DNA from: Octopus vulgaris
Lineage: Eukaryota
Direction: 5' to 3'
DNA length: 64,000 bases
Assembly (NCBI GenBank): GCA_951406725.2
Contig: OX597829.1
Span: 26,102,001 to 26,166,000, forward strand
Of this stretch, positions 24,644 through 38,740 are shown one piece after another (position 1 is the stretch's first letter; the number at the start of each line of letters is the position of its first letter). Both the position numbers and the translations under genes were made by a program. The notes under the pieces are model-generated. The model saw only the letters and a program-made list of their open reading frames with translations. It had not been told where the DNA came from and made no database searches.

Positions 24644-25109
24644 AAGAGAAAACCTATGGTGAATTAATGTATAAATTGCGGTTTTTGTGTCGTGATTATA
24701 GATTCTTAGCTGACTTCTTATAATAGGTGCACAGGGTTATCAACTAGCAAATTTCTATAAAAGTCAAAAAATACCGGGGTTCTTCAAGAAAAAAGGAAAG
24801 CAAATTAACAGCCACCAAATCTAGTTGATTAAAGATAGAGTGAAGATTTGTAAAACGTTTACATATTCTCCAGCTCACAGTTTCCTAGAATGAACACAAT
24901 CACATTTGTGTTGAAAGTCAACCACACTCAAGCACATTGACTAATCACAGACATACATGAAATTACAATTACATAAAAATCACTCGAGATTTCTTGACAT
25001 AAAATGTCCTATCTTTTTGTTTGTAACCAACTTGAATTCTGTTGAGAACAAATAAATCACAAAAAGTATACAAGCGTACATAAATGCATGCATAAGTACA
25101 TCGTATATA

Positions 25110-25183
<74 letters not shown>

Positions 25184-25259
25184 CATTTATATATGCTTAC
25201 ATACATATATTCATGCATATGTCCAAACATAAATACGCGCGCGCGCACACAGAGATACA

Positions 25260-25490
25260 GCTTATATTTGACTATAATATCTGATGGTCAACATCTCCTT
25301 GAGTTATGGATACTTTTATGACCATACGCCAAAATCTTTGATAAACAAATACGTCTATCTTTGGTGCCATACACCCCAATCAATGGTAACCATACCCTCT
25401 AACCTTTGATGGCCTTATAATTCAATCTTTAACCATCGTACTTCTCAATCTTTGATGACCATACATTTCAATCTTTGATAAACAGCTTCG
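25260..25490. repeat. Degenerate ~22-bp minisatellite
   Basis: Recurring AATCTTTGAT(G/A)(A/G)CCATAC-like motif. Confidence 0.5.
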
Positions 25491-25844
25491 ATCATAGACT
25501 GGACATGGTGAATAATCAGTTAGAGAAGTATTTTATTAGAGTGATCATTTATATATTTGTATACACAACTGTTTTCTCACTTCTGGTTGTGTTAATTGTG
25601 CTTCTTTGCACCTTCAATCCTACTCCAACAGTGAAACTGCCACCCAAATGAACGGTGAATAGCAATACACGAAAGGCTGATGTTTTTCCTGTTCAAAGGG
25701 TTCTTCCATTGGTCTTTGACTAAATTCTTTGGTCCTTTAAACATATTGTAGCTGGACGTAGTCTAGTCTACAGTCAGATATGCGCACTACCTTCCAAACA
25801 TCAAGTTGATGGTTCTAAAATTTGCTGATGATGGTTCTATGGAA

Positions 25845-26098
25845 GGTCTATTTTTCCGAACCGCAAAGTTACGGGGACGTAAACACACCAACATCGCTTG
25901 TCAAGTGATGATTGGACACACACACACACATATACAACGGGCTTCATTCAGTTTCCGTCTACCAAATCCACTCACAAGGCTTTGGTCAGCTCAGGGCTAT
26001 TGTAGAAGACACTTGCCCAAGGTGACACGCAGTGGGACTGAACCCGGAACCATGTGGTTATGAAGCAAGCTTTTTACCACACAGCTACTCCTGCGCCT
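25845..26098 (-). mobile_element. SINE family A (partial)
   Basis: Reverse complement of the family A head and body. Confidence 0.8.
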
Positions 26099-26172
26099 GC
26101 TGGATTAAAAAATTTTTTTTTTTATAATATGAGTTGTTTCTAATATTGCGGAGACTCACCGGGTATCTTGAG

Positions 26173-26496
26173 AAGGCGCGCGGATTAGTGGTAAAGGTAT
26201 TCGACACACTATCGTAAGGTCGTGAGTTCGATTGCTGGCGTTGTGTAGTGTCCTTGAACAAAACACTTTATTTTCACGTTGCTCCAGTGGACTCAGCTGG
26301 CAAAAATGAGTTGTACATATATTTCAAAGGGCCACTCTTGTTACATTCTGCCTCACACTGAACCTCCCCTAGAACTACGTTAAGGGTACACGTGCCTGTG
26401 GAATGCTCGGCCACTTGTATGATAATTTCACGAGCAGGCTGTTTCCGTTCATAGGATCAAGTGGAACTCTTGTCGTCGTAACTGACGGAGTGTCAG
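26173..26496 (+). mobile_element. tRNA-derived SINE sharing its 3' module with the SINE at 53599
   Basis: tRNA-like head (TAGTGG...GAGTTCGATT) and 3' module TTTCAAAGGGCC...GACGGAGTG. Confidence 0.75.
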
Positions 26497-26934
26497 TTGG
26501 TTTTTTTTTTTTATCTTACCAAAGTATCTGAAATGAATTTGTGATTAGTTTTTATTGCTGTTGTTGTCTACTGAGAAAGTAGAGAGAAGGGTGTGTGGTG
26601 CGGTGTCTGGCATTGACAGATGACCTCAGTTTTCTGACAACTGTCAGCTCCGTTATTTCGTAATAAAAGGCAGGTATGGTTTCCAGAATGAGACCTACCA
26701 GTTCTCAATAGTTGGCTATCTGATATAGGAAATGGTGGTTGTAGTGCAACCTTCTGGTGTTGGAAAGATTCCTGTTGAGTCTAACCTTAATTCTAACTAC
26801 TGTCTCTCTTCTGTCGTTTTTGCTTAACTGCGTAGTCACGCAGATGGGAGATTTTAAGCAGTACAAGAGACAGCACGCAAGATTCTGCCGTTTTTACAGA
26901 AAAAAAAACCCCAGGTTTTTCCTCTTCCAACAAA

Positions 26935-27140
26935 TCATAATATTGCTTTCAAATTTTGACAAAAGGCCACCAACATCGGGTAAGGGAGTAAGTCGATTAC
27001 ATTGACTCCAGTGCTCAACTGATATTTATCTTATCGACCCCGAAAGGATGAAAGGTAAGGTCAACTTTGGCGGAATCAGAATTTAGAACGTGGAGACGGA
27101 CAAAATATCGCTATGCATTTTGCCTGGCGTGCTAACGATT
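26935..27140 (-). mobile_element. SINE with the TTCATCCTTTCGGGGTCGATAA core
   Basis: Reverse complement of the core found in the 9428 element. A similar copy lies at 45530-45745. Confidence 0.7.
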
Positions 27141-27431
27141 AACAATGACGAAAATTTCCGAATTCAGTAACCCAACATTCAATTTCCTTACATACAGTGA
27201 CGAAAGCTGTATTGTTTCACTAGTGTGATGTTTCGTGATGAATATTTGGGTTCAATCTTTTGATCATGGTCTTGGCCAACACCTTCCCAGAAGTGAACCT
27301 GCAGACTGTAACGATGTTGACGATCCTGCCAGTGTTGCGGTATGACGTGTTCTTGATTGCTCTATGATGTAGAGATGAAACATTCTCGAACAAGTGTAAC
27401 AATCCTCCGTGGAATGAAGCAGTTACCAACC

Positions 27432-27489
27432 GCCACCACCACCACCACCACCACCACCACCATCACCACCACTACTACTGCTGCTGCTG

Positions 27490-27540
<51 letters not shown>

Positions 27541-27546
27541 TTATTA
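27432..27546. repeat. (ACC)/(GCT)/(ACT) trinucleotide tract
   Basis: Direct inspection. Confidence 0.9.
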
Positions 27547-27856
27547 TATACCATAAACATGTATCTATACACATATTTGGGAGAAAACGGATTTTCGCGT
27601 AAAGAGAGCGGCCAACACCAACTTTACAGACATATGTAAGTGTAACAGTAAACATGTGCAAGACTTTCTTGTAGGAAGAATACTCGTAAACAAAGAAACA
27701 TCCATCAGTCCGTCTATCCATCTATCCACTCACCCATCCATCCATCCATCCATCCATACATACATACATACATACATACATACATACATACATACATACA
27801 TACATACATACATACATACATACATACATACATACATACATACATACATACATACA

Positions 27857-28279
<423 letters not shown>

Positions 28280-28735
28280 TCAGCCAAAATACTTTGTGAT
28301 ATTTGATTACATCCCTTTACCATCTGACTGCTAATCCTGTTTGGATCAAGTATTTTCTTTCTTCCTTACTAGGTTGAAAGAACAAGGTATCAAAGCAAAG
28401 TTCCGGGGGTCGGTTTAATCCACTAAACCCTTTGAAAGTGTTGCCCCAGAATGGTCATACTGCACTGGTTTTTTTCAAAAAAAAAAAAAACAATTAAAAG
28501 GACTATATATTTATATATACAGACACATACATATACGCACACATTTTTGTTGGATGACCGTTGACTACTCGTGAGCTCCTCCGCCCTTTGACGAGTTCTT
28601 TTTCTTTTTGCCTCGCGGAGTGTCCAACAAACGCCTACCTCACAAAGCAAGCTCGATGGGGTTGCCAGTTAAGTCGCCGATGACCCGATCATGCAACAGG
28701 TTTATATATCTTACATATATTCATAAATTTCATAT

Positions 28736-28890
28736 GAGTGGCTGTGTGGTAAGTAGCTTGCTTACCAACTACATGGTTCCGGGTTCAGTTCCACTGCGTG
28801 GCACCTTGGGCAAGTGTCTTCTACTATAGCCTCGGGCCGACCAAAGCCTTGTGAGTCGATTTAGTAGACGGAAACTGAAAGAAGCCCGTC

Positions 28891-28954
<64 letters not shown>

Positions 28955-29153
28955 GTATATGTTTGTGTGTCTGTGTTTGTCCTTCCAACATCGCTTGACA
29001 ACCGATACGGGTGTGTTTACGTCCCCGTCAATTAGCGGTTCGGCTAGAGAGACTGATACAAAGAATAAGTCCTGGGGTCTATTTGCTCGATTAAAGGCGG
29101 TGCTCCAGCATGACCGCAGTCAAATGACTGAAATAAATAAAAAGAATAGAAAG
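28736..29153 (+). mobile_element. SINE family A
   Basis: Matches the family consensus. Confidence 0.85.
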
Positions 29154-29178
29154 AATATCTTTTACATTTTTGTGAGTG

Positions 29179-29243
<65 letters not shown>

Positions 29244-29269
29244 GTGTGTGTGTGTGTATGGAACAGATG

Positions 29270-31990
29270 GGGCCCTTTAGCCATAGTGAGGGCAACCCGT
29301 CTAGGTGAAGTTGAGGTTGCTGACAGTCACCTTATTTGATGTGCACAATCAGCATCTACTTACTCATAGGTCAGTCTAGGCTCCGTATCTTTTGAGCAAC
29401 TAGACTAGGCCACTCTGATCTCAAATCTGCGATCGATTTAGCATCTGACACGTGGCACATTGTGTGCCAGTGCAGGTAAATGCTTCTTTGATGGAGAGAG
29501 TGTACATTGTGCTCTACAAGCAATGACCACTATAAACAAAACAAACCATGTACAGGTAGTTTAGTAAAATACTATCAGCAAATACCACCATGTTTTTACA
29601 GCCCCACCCCCAAAAGAACTTGATGGTGGATGCACTATTTTCTGGATAGGCAAGACTCAAGAAGTAAAGAAAGAGTCAGGTATTGGGTTTGCTATTCGGA
29701 ATGACCTGGTGAAACATTTTGAATCTCTGCTTGTTGGCATTAGTAAGAGACTCATGTCATTGCATACCTGCACTGGTGAAAATAAATATGCAACTATTTT
29801 CAGCTGCTGTGCTCCAACCATGAACCCAAATGAAGTAGTCAAAGAGTAGTTCTACTCTGAGCCACGTAACCAGTTGAGAGGTGTCTTCATCCATAATAAG
29901 CTTCTTCTCCTTGGTGGTTTCAATGCACATGTAGGTTGTGATGCATCCATATGGGGCGACCTAAAAGGGAAGCATGGGGTTGGCAAGGCAAACTCAAACG
30001 GCCATCTGCTGCTATCATTTAGCAGTGAGTATGGGCATTTGATTACCAATATTTTTTTCTGACTCCCCAACCACCGCAAAATTACCTGGAAGCATCCCTG
30101 ATGAAACCATTGTCACCTCATTGATTGCATAATTGTGAGGTTTTCCATGAAGGAAGTAGTCCAAGTAACACTTTCTTTCTCCTTTGGGGAGTGTTGGTCA
30201 GACCATAGACTGATACGATCAAGGATGAATTTTACTATCCGCAGTCCTGTTTGTAACAATCGCTCTCGACCAATTCGAAAAGTGGTTGTGACAAAGCTGA
30301 GGTGCAATGACAATTTAACCTCATTTCAAACAACCTATGACAACAAACTTACTGTCATCTCAGACAACACAGATATTGAATTAGCGTGGTCTGCTTTTAA
30401 AAATGCAGTATTTGGGTCATCTTGTGAAATACTCTGGTATGTTAAGAGGAAGCACCAAGATTGGTTCGACTCACACGATCCAAATATCTCTCCTCTTTTG
30501 GACAATATGCACAAGTACCACTGTTAATGGATGTCAAATAAAAATAATGCCACGAAACGCAACGAAATATATGCCAATCTCAATTGAGGCAAATAAACTA
30601 GATTTGGCGGCAAAGGAAGGCACAAGAGTTGCAGGACTCCAGATGTGACTGTAGGTCATTCTATCAGAATTTAAAGGGTGTTTTTGGACCTGTGTCTGGT
30701 GGCTCAACTCCCTTACTTTCAGTTGAGAGTAATCTGACAAATAAAAAGGAGATCACGAAGCACTGGGCAGGGCGTTTTTCAAATATTCTGAATATGAACT
30801 CAAATGCTGATGAAGAACTGATCAACAACCAAACACAGACGCCTGTCCTTTAAAGACCATCAGTTGCTCCATCAAATGCTGAGATAAAAAAAAAAACGAC
30901 CACAAAACAGCTCACGAACGGAAAGTCGTCTGGGAACGATGGCATACCAGCCGAGACTTATAAATGTAGTTGCAGTCTCCAGCTGAACAAGTTATGTGAA
31001 CTCTTTAATCTGGGAATCAGGACGCTTCTATTGTCCATCTTTATAAGCACAAAAGCAACAAATGTGAATATGACAACCATAGAGGTATCTCCCTTTTGTG
31101 TATTGCTGGGAAGGTCCTTGAAAGGGTTATCTTAAACAGACTAAATTATGCCCTTGCCAGTTTAATGTTGCCTGCATCTCAGTGTGGATCCACTGGTAGA
31201 GACACAATGGATACGATTTTTTGCATAAGGCAGCTGCAAAATTTTTAGCCTTTTTTTGTCACTTTTATCACTTTTGTCACTTTTGTAGATCTAACTAAAG
31301 CTTTCGATACCTTATCTATGGATGCTCTTTGGGTTATCCTTAGAAAGCTAGGCGTTCCCGAAAAGATAATGTCATCATTTCTTTCCATCAAGTGATGATG
31401 GCCTCTGTCAGCTCTAGCGGGAAAGTGTCCGATTCATTCACAGTCTCAAATGGAACAAAACAATGATGCTAAAATGGATAAAGAAACCAAGACCATAATC
31501 AGGAAGGCTAGCTCCGCTTTCGGTAAGCTTTATCATAGGCTTTGCAACAGCCACGACGTATCGTTGAATGTGAAAATTAATGTGTATAAGTCGGTAGTCT
31601 TGACAACATTGCTTTATGGTGCTGAATCTTGGACTCTGTACCGAAAGCACATCTACCAGCTTGACGCTTTTTATATGCGATGCTTGCGTTCTATCTCCAA
31701 CATAAAACTGAGTTACCATATTCATAACAGTGAGGTACTAAAAAATGCAATATATCAGGTACTGAAGCCATCATCAAAATACAGTTTAGATGATCGAGTC
31801 ATTTCTCATGTATGAGTGATATCAGAATTCCGAAGCAACTTTTCTTTGGCCAATTCCCAACAGGAAGGTCAGCTGAAAAGCCACATGCGCTTCAAAGACA
31901 AACTAAAAGACAATCTGAAGCAATGTAACATTCTTTTTCTTCCTGAGAAAACAAGGCATCAGAACGCAACTTCTGAAGAATGGCTCAAAA
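29270..31990 (+). mobile_element. Decayed RTE-clade LINE with internal deletions
   Basis: APE remnants 'ESGIGFAIRN', 'LLGGFNAHVG', 'GVGKANSNGHLLL', 'WSDHRLIRS'; RT 'NHRGISLL', 'FVDLTKAFD'; C-terminal 'VYKSVVLTTLLYGAESWTLY'. Confidence 0.88.
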
Positions 31991-32847
31991 TATCCCTAAC
32001 AACTGTTAAAAACGTGCATGAATGAACTCCTCGGCATATTAAAGCTATGATTCATACCAAAGGAAGAATGATTCCATTTATATAATAAAACTTACATTTA
32101 ACTAGGTATTTCCTTTATCTTTTCCAACTCTTTACTGTACGCGCGCGCGCAGTTCATGGATACTCCTTATTACGTACTGCACTTGTGCATCTGCTGCACA
32201 ATCAAAGACCAGTAATCTATGTGCTATTTTACTTAGTTTCACAGAGGTCATACTCTGTTGTTCCCTCTCCTCACTCTCACCTGGCACCAATGAAGAGCCA
32301 GCTGTGACACTTTGCTTTCTGTCTGAGCTCTTACGTAATGCTAAGTTCATTGTACTGTCTCGATATAAACAGAATTGACTATCTCAAACAATAAGACATG
32401 TTAAACTAAGTGAGAAATCATTTGCAAGTTGCTATTTCTGCTAATTTAAAAGTACGATATCTATTTTTTCTTTTTAGAGCAAGCTGTTATCTAAATGTAC
32501 ACATTGATTTTATAAGTGAGAAAATGTGTATCAATACTTTCCACAAAACAAATTTGTAAAACATGAGAATTGTATGTGTTGTAGAACGACCGTGCGAAAG
32601 GAGAGGTGACGAATGAATGACTCCTTTAATAAACCGCACGGTTGCTTACAATAAGAGCAAAAATGGAATAAATGAGTGCCAGAAAGGAAAAGAAAGACGA
32701 CACAACCGTAAAATGTTAAGAGAAAGGTTTTATTTATGGTGTTAGCAGAGTGTGTGTCTGTGTGTGTGCCATAAGAACATATATAATAATAATAGACAGG
32801 CCGTCAGGCATACATAATGTGTATGTGTGTACAAACAAGGGTGTATT

Positions 32848-33505
32848 TGTGTGAGATAAAATACAGAGCATAGAAAGAGTCTATAACAGGACGCTAGAAG
32901 TTCAGACACAATGAAGATAAATACCAGTTCGTAGTCAGGTACACAATAGTTGAAAATCTGCAACAAGACGTTGTGACTACAATGCAGAGCCGGTTGAATC
33001 ACGTATCGTGTAAGAAGTTGTGGTTACTATGCTGTGCCGGTTACTTGGTACAGAAGGTTCTCGCAGGTTGAAGTAATTCACAAACAGCGAGAAGTTAAAC
33101 CTGAGCATATGTTGCTGTGTACGTAGAGATGTTGTTGGCGTCGTTAAGATGAAGGCGACGGTGATGGAGGGCGACGTTAAGATGAAGGCGACGGAGGTGG
33201 AGGGCCGGAATGCTGCTGGTGCTGTCTGTCGCTGGAACTGGCTGTGTGCTCTGTGGTCAGACCTCAGAAGGTCTAGAACTAAAGACGCTCGACTCGATGA
33301 ATCGCTGTGTTTTATAGCAAATTATAGGCTCAAACAGAGCTTTAGAAAAGCTATGTCACGGGACCTTATCAGAAGGTTGCGATTGGTTGGTAATAGAGCA
33401 AGAGAAAATTGCGCCAATACCAGCCAATCAGAGTAGTAGAGACAACAGGGTCTAAGTGGCCGAAGACTAGCTGCTATCTGCTACGTCCGTATTTATGTTA
33501 TATAT

Positions 33506-33509
<4 letters not shown>
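32848..33509 (-). mobile_element. Candidate solo LTR
   Basis: TGT...ACA limits, minus-strand TATA (GCTATAAAA near 33312), CCAAT motifs, and an internal 33-bp tandem duplication at ~33137-33202. Confidence 0.5.
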
Positions 33510-33560
<51 letters not shown>

Positions 33561-34843
33561 ACTAAGCGTACACTACAGTGTATTCTCATAACACATTGTG
33601 TACTCCGAACCTCTTATTGATATTGCACTGACAAACTGTTCTTTTTCACACTCAACTATTGAAATATTGTACTAATAAGACCAGAACAGGTCTATTTTTG
33701 TTTGTACATAGGAAATAAAAGAAAAAGTTATTTATAACTTTTAGGCCCATGATATAAAAAAAACTGTTATGTTTACGGAAGATCCCAAGGTCAACCTTGA
33801 ACTTTTTCTATTCAGAAGGGATCTTTATCTCACTATTTACATGCATTATTTAAAAACGAATTATTTCACTTTCTTTCGACGTTTCCAAGGTCTTATGACA
33901 ATACTCGCTGGCAGGAGCAAAGTTTCTAAAATAGATTGAGACTGCCTTGGTCCAATAGCAGAATGCCTATCATGATCCAAAACGTGAGAATTTCGTTGTT
34001 TTTTTTTCTGTCCAAAAGGGGGCTTTTAGTCTAATTTTTTATATGATATTATTTATAGTTTTATCTACATCGAATTCTACAGTCAAAAACGGATACACAC
34101 GTAACCCATTATTATTTTTGAAACTACGAACATTCTTTTAATTCCCTACTCGAAGTTTTTATGTTCTGAGCATATATCACATTGAGGTTAGGGTTAGGGT
34201 TAACTTAGTTTTTAATCCTTCGTGGGGTGGGGTGGGGTCAATAAAATAAAGTACCAGTCAACAACTGATGTCAATTTAAACGATTCACCCTCGCCTCAAA
34301 TTTTATGGCCTTGTGCCTTATATTAGTTATCGATATTTTTTTTTCCTTCGGCAAATATGGGCGATAACTCCATTATTTCAGTCTTGTTAAAATCATTAAC
34401 AGAGATATAATCTCGTTAAACCTGCCAAATCACTCAGTAATCATACAATAATGTATATGTGTTGCGAGAGAAGAAGAGAGAGACAGAGGGAGGGAGAGAG
34501 GAATAGAAAGAGAGAGGGAGACGGAGAGAAAGAGAGAGAGTTGTTTTCATAATTTATGTCATCTGCCTGATAAATGATAATTAAGTGAGAATATGTTTAA
34601 TGTTTGGAACATTAAAACAAGATAAAGAGAAAATACATGGGAAAAGCAGGCTAACATTTATACAGTCATCTTCAGCTTCTCAAAAAGAGTTTGAATGTGT
34701 GTGTGTGGTTGGGTGGGGGGAGAATTACTCCGTGCGTGTTCTGTGGATGTCCAAGTGTATGCGTGCATCTATATGTATATGTCTGTGCATGTGCATGTAT
34801 GAATATATGTGCTTGTGTCTGTGGGTATGTGTGCATGTATAAT

Positions 34844-34914
<71 letters not shown>

Positions 34915-35110
34915 TGTGTGTATGTGTGTAAGGGAGAATGTGGTCTTCAAAAATAAAATGATATTCTGTGGAAGTTCTCCTTCGCAGCAGACGTCACCAG
35001 GAGGAAAAGGTGTTTTTTCTTTTTTTTTTCTTTTTTTTGCAAACCAATTTTTAAGGTTTAACAGACAGGAGAGGTGGGGGAAGAAGAAAGGAGGTTTGAG
35101 AGAACGAGAA

Positions 35111-35155
<45 letters not shown>

Positions 35156-35570
35156 GACAGCCGGACAGACGGACAGACATACAGACAGAGATGGGGGGAA
35201 GGAAGATGAGAAAAAGAGTAAGTGGGATAATAATGCATCAAGGCAGAAAGTATACAAATGAACGTAGATAAACAAATAAAAATATGGTCACATATTACTA
35301 ACTCGGTGAGAGGAAGAGAAAAAGAGAGAGAGAGAGAAAGAACAAAAGAGGGACTGGTTTGTTTGTTTGTTTTGTTTTGTTTTTTTTTCCCTTTTTATTT
35401 CCTCCTACGCTTTCTGTTTCCTCTTATCTTTATCAGATGGTGGGAGGGCTGTCCCTTCAAATATTTTCTTTGTTCAACTTAAATGTTTTTAGCTAATTTT
35501 TTTGCTTTCTTTTTTCTATCTCACAAATTTTGTTACTCCCTAAGACTTGTCAATCTGCCACTGTAAGAAT

Positions 35571-35615
<45 letters not shown>

Positions 35616-35819
35616 TCTCACTCACTCACTCACTCGCTCTCTCTTTCTCTTATTCTCTCTCAGTGTGTGTGTTTGTATCTCGCTCAGAGATTTAATATAA
35701 CATTCTCTCCTTTTGTATATATATTGCACTTAAATGTGGTTTTGGTCGTTTTGACTGCTTCTTCTAGCGTGTAAAATTACCTGTTAAAGATAGTTTCTCT
35801 TGTGTTTAAATGTACACTA

Positions 35820-35917
<98 letters not shown>

Positions 35918-36225
35918 AAATCTTTAGTAAAATATATTCAATGAGAATATATACTGAATTTATATTGAGTGCTCTATTGTATCAAAGTATTAATACTATT
36001 AAAGTATTTATATATTTAATACAAGAGATTATATATATATTTTTTTTAATAATATATTATTATTAATATCAGGAAATCAATATTAGAAAATTCTGTAAAA
36101 TTGTGTAAAATAATTGTTGTATTAAAAATATATAAATATATATATAAAAATATATGTAAATATGTATAAGTATAAATATATAATGCATATGGCAGTTTAA
36201 AAGTTTTGAATTAAGTATTTAAAAC

Positions 36226-36315
36226 ATCTTACGATCGTTTCACAGAAGTGCTGTCCCTATAATGAAATCCTATATTGATAAGCATTTATAGACAACTCTT
36301 CTGCTCTTCAGAGAT
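36226..36315 (-). ncRNA. Hammerhead motif with an extended stem II (~50-nt insert)
   Basis: Minus strand reads ATCT-CTGAAGA-GCAGAAG-[~50 nt]-CTTCTGT-GAAA-CGATCG-TA-AGAT. The core is intact and stem III is palindromic. Confidence 0.7.
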
Positions 36316-36649
36316 ATAAAATTTGAATTTTGTATAACATATCGAATGGTAGTTTTTTTTTTTAAATTTGAAGTAATACTATGATATGGTGTTTATTTGA
36401 AAGATAAATTAAAAATTATTGCTTTTGATGAGAGTCTTTAAATCCATATATACTTCCTTGGTTAGTCTTCTGTAATAATCCATAATATTCATATGTAAAA
36501 TCCGTTATATTGTCTTGTATTCCAAATATAGTTCATATACTATGCTCATCAATACAGGATTCCATTATTCCATACTATCTAAGTATATGAACTATATTTG
36601 GAATACAAAACAATATAACGGATTCCGTATTTGATTCCAAGCAGTGACC

Positions 36650-36659
36650 TCAACAACAA

Positions 36660-36748
<89 letters not shown>

Positions 36749-36755
36749 GCAACAA

Positions 36756-36823
<68 letters not shown>

Positions 36824-36846
36824 TCATCATCATCATCATCATCATC
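36650..36846. repeat. (AAC)/(AGC)/(ATC) compound trinucleotide repeat
   Basis: Direct inspection. Confidence 0.95.
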
Positions 36847-36995
36847 AAAAAATACCTTGGGAATGAGAACCCAGGTTTGAAATTTCCCCAAGACACCTGA
36901 TGAAGACTGGAGGGTATATCAGCCAAAACGTTGTGTTAACATCAAACAAGATGAGGACAAATATCCATCAATTGTAAATAATGTAAATAATGTAC
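36847..36995 (+). mobile_element. Short repeat element containing a degenerate hammerhead (36893-36936)
   Basis: ACAC-CTGATGAA-GACTG-GAGGGTATAT-CAGCC-AAAA(GAAA mutated)-CG-TT-GTGT. Confidence 0.55.
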
Positions 36996-37274
36996 AGACA
37001 TTACCTTTTAAATGTGCACTTAGTATAAAGAAAATTTCAATAGATAGGTAGGATGTTTGTACTGAGGCAACACCATGTGTCCACTTGACAGCCAACACGA
37101 CAGAGAAACCATCAATTATGAGGTGGAGGTAGTGCCCAGCAGCAGACAGACAAACTGAAATATGTGGGCGCAACAGAAGGTCCCTCCAGGATCAAATTTA
37201 ACAACTAAATATCCTCCTTTGATATCTAGGAGAAGCAAAATGTCACAGCCTTAGTAAGGTATGTATAGTTGTTT

Positions 37275-37340
37275 ATGAAAAGCACAATGGATTACATCAA
37301 GCGGAGAGTATTGGAGAGGTGCAAACCTTACTTCAATAAC
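37275..37340 (+). mobile_element. Short Penelope GIY-YIG fragment, inverse copy of 39243-39308
   Basis: MKSTMDYIKRRVLERCKPYFNN. Confidence 0.65.
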
Positions 37341-37341
37341 A

Positions 37342-37560
37342 GTTGTTGTTGTTGTTTGTTCCTTCTTGAGCCATGCCTGGCCCATAAGGGCCGGTTTTCC
37401 GGTTTCCTTGGCATATAGGTTCCCCACCTGGATGGGATGCCAGTCCGTTGCAGGTGAGCTGCAAGATGCAGGAGGAAAGAGTGAGAGAAAGTTGTGATGA
37501 AAGAGTCAGCAGAAGTTTGCCATTACCTTCTTTCAGAGTCACGTGGAGCTTAGGTGTTTT
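37342..37560 (-). mobile_element. SINE fragment sharing the central module of the 53599 SINE but with a different 3' tail
   Basis: Minus strand reads AAAACACCTAAGCTCCACG...ACTCTTTCATCACAACTTTCTCTCACTCT, then GGACTGGCATCCCATCCAGG and an (AAC)n tail. Confidence 0.65.
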
Positions 37561-37877
37561 GCTTACTTCAATAACAATTGTTGTTGCTTCCCTATCATAC
37601 ACTAAAATATTCCACATCATCTTAAGAAACAACAGCAATCTCTGGTTGATAGACTGCCTGTGAAGCCTATGTAGCATCTGAAACTTCATGATTGGAGAAC
37701 CACAAGAATCTATCTCTTCAGCCAAAACTTCCCTTAACCTCAAAACTCAACCAGACGACATTACACTTACATTTTCCAGACATTGCTGCATTCTTCTACA
37801 ACCATTTCTAAGTTACCAAAAACTTCAACAAAGCAGGACATATACTACTTTGTGTTTCAGTGACCCAAAGTACACAT

Positions 37878-38197
37878 CTTTTATTTGTTTCAGTCATGCT
37901 GGGGTACTACCTTGAAGGGTTTAGTCGAATAAATCAACCTCAGTTGTTATTTAGAAATTTTATACTTATTCCATCAGTTTCTTATGTTGAACTGCTAAGT
38001 CATAGAGGCTGTAAAAAAGCCAACACTGGTTTTCAAGCAGTGGTGAGGGACAAACATAAAGACACAACAGGCTTCCACACAGTTTTCATCTATCAAATTC
38101 ACTCTTGTAAGGCATTGGGCAACCTGGAGATGTAGTAGAATCCCAAACCACAGGATTGTAAAGCAAGCTTTTTAACCACACAGCCACGCCTGCACCT
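37878..38197 (-). mobile_element. SINE family A (old, degenerate)
   Basis: Reverse complement of the family A consensus. Confidence 0.7.
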
Positions 38198-38341
38198 AAT
38201 GAATTTAGCTGATAAATTCACTAAAAACATTATGAAATTTTTCCATTAAATCAATACTAATAAAAACAACAAACTGCCTCTAACCCACAAATTCAGTGAA
38301 AATAAATGTTAGGTATCACCCAACCAAAAATAAATAAATAA

Positions 38342-38740
38342 AGGTGCAGGAGTGGCTGTGTGGTAAGTAGCTTGCTTACCAACCACATGGTTCCGGGTTC
38401 AGTCCCACTGTGTGGCACATTGAGCAAGTGTCTTCTACTATAGCCTCAGGCCGACCAAAGCCTTGTGAGTGGATTTGGTAGACGGAAACTGAAAGAAACC
38501 CGTCGTATATGTGTATATATATATGCATGTGTGTGTGTATGTTTGTGTGTCTATGTTTGTCCCCTTAACATTGCTTGACAACTGATGCTGGTGTGTTTAC
38601 GTCCCCGTAACTTAGTGGTTCAGCAAAAGTGACCGATAGAATAAGTACTAGGCTTACAAAGAATAAATCCTGGGGTCGATTTGCTTGACTAAAGGTGGTG
38701 CTCCAGTCAAATGACTGAAACAAGTAAAAGAGTAAAGATA
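38342..38740 (+). mobile_element. SINE family A
   Basis: Full-length match to the consensus. Confidence 0.87.

Noticed and set aside
36579-36926. Poly-L/N/S/T/A ORFs
   Set aside because: Artefacts of a trinucleotide repeat.
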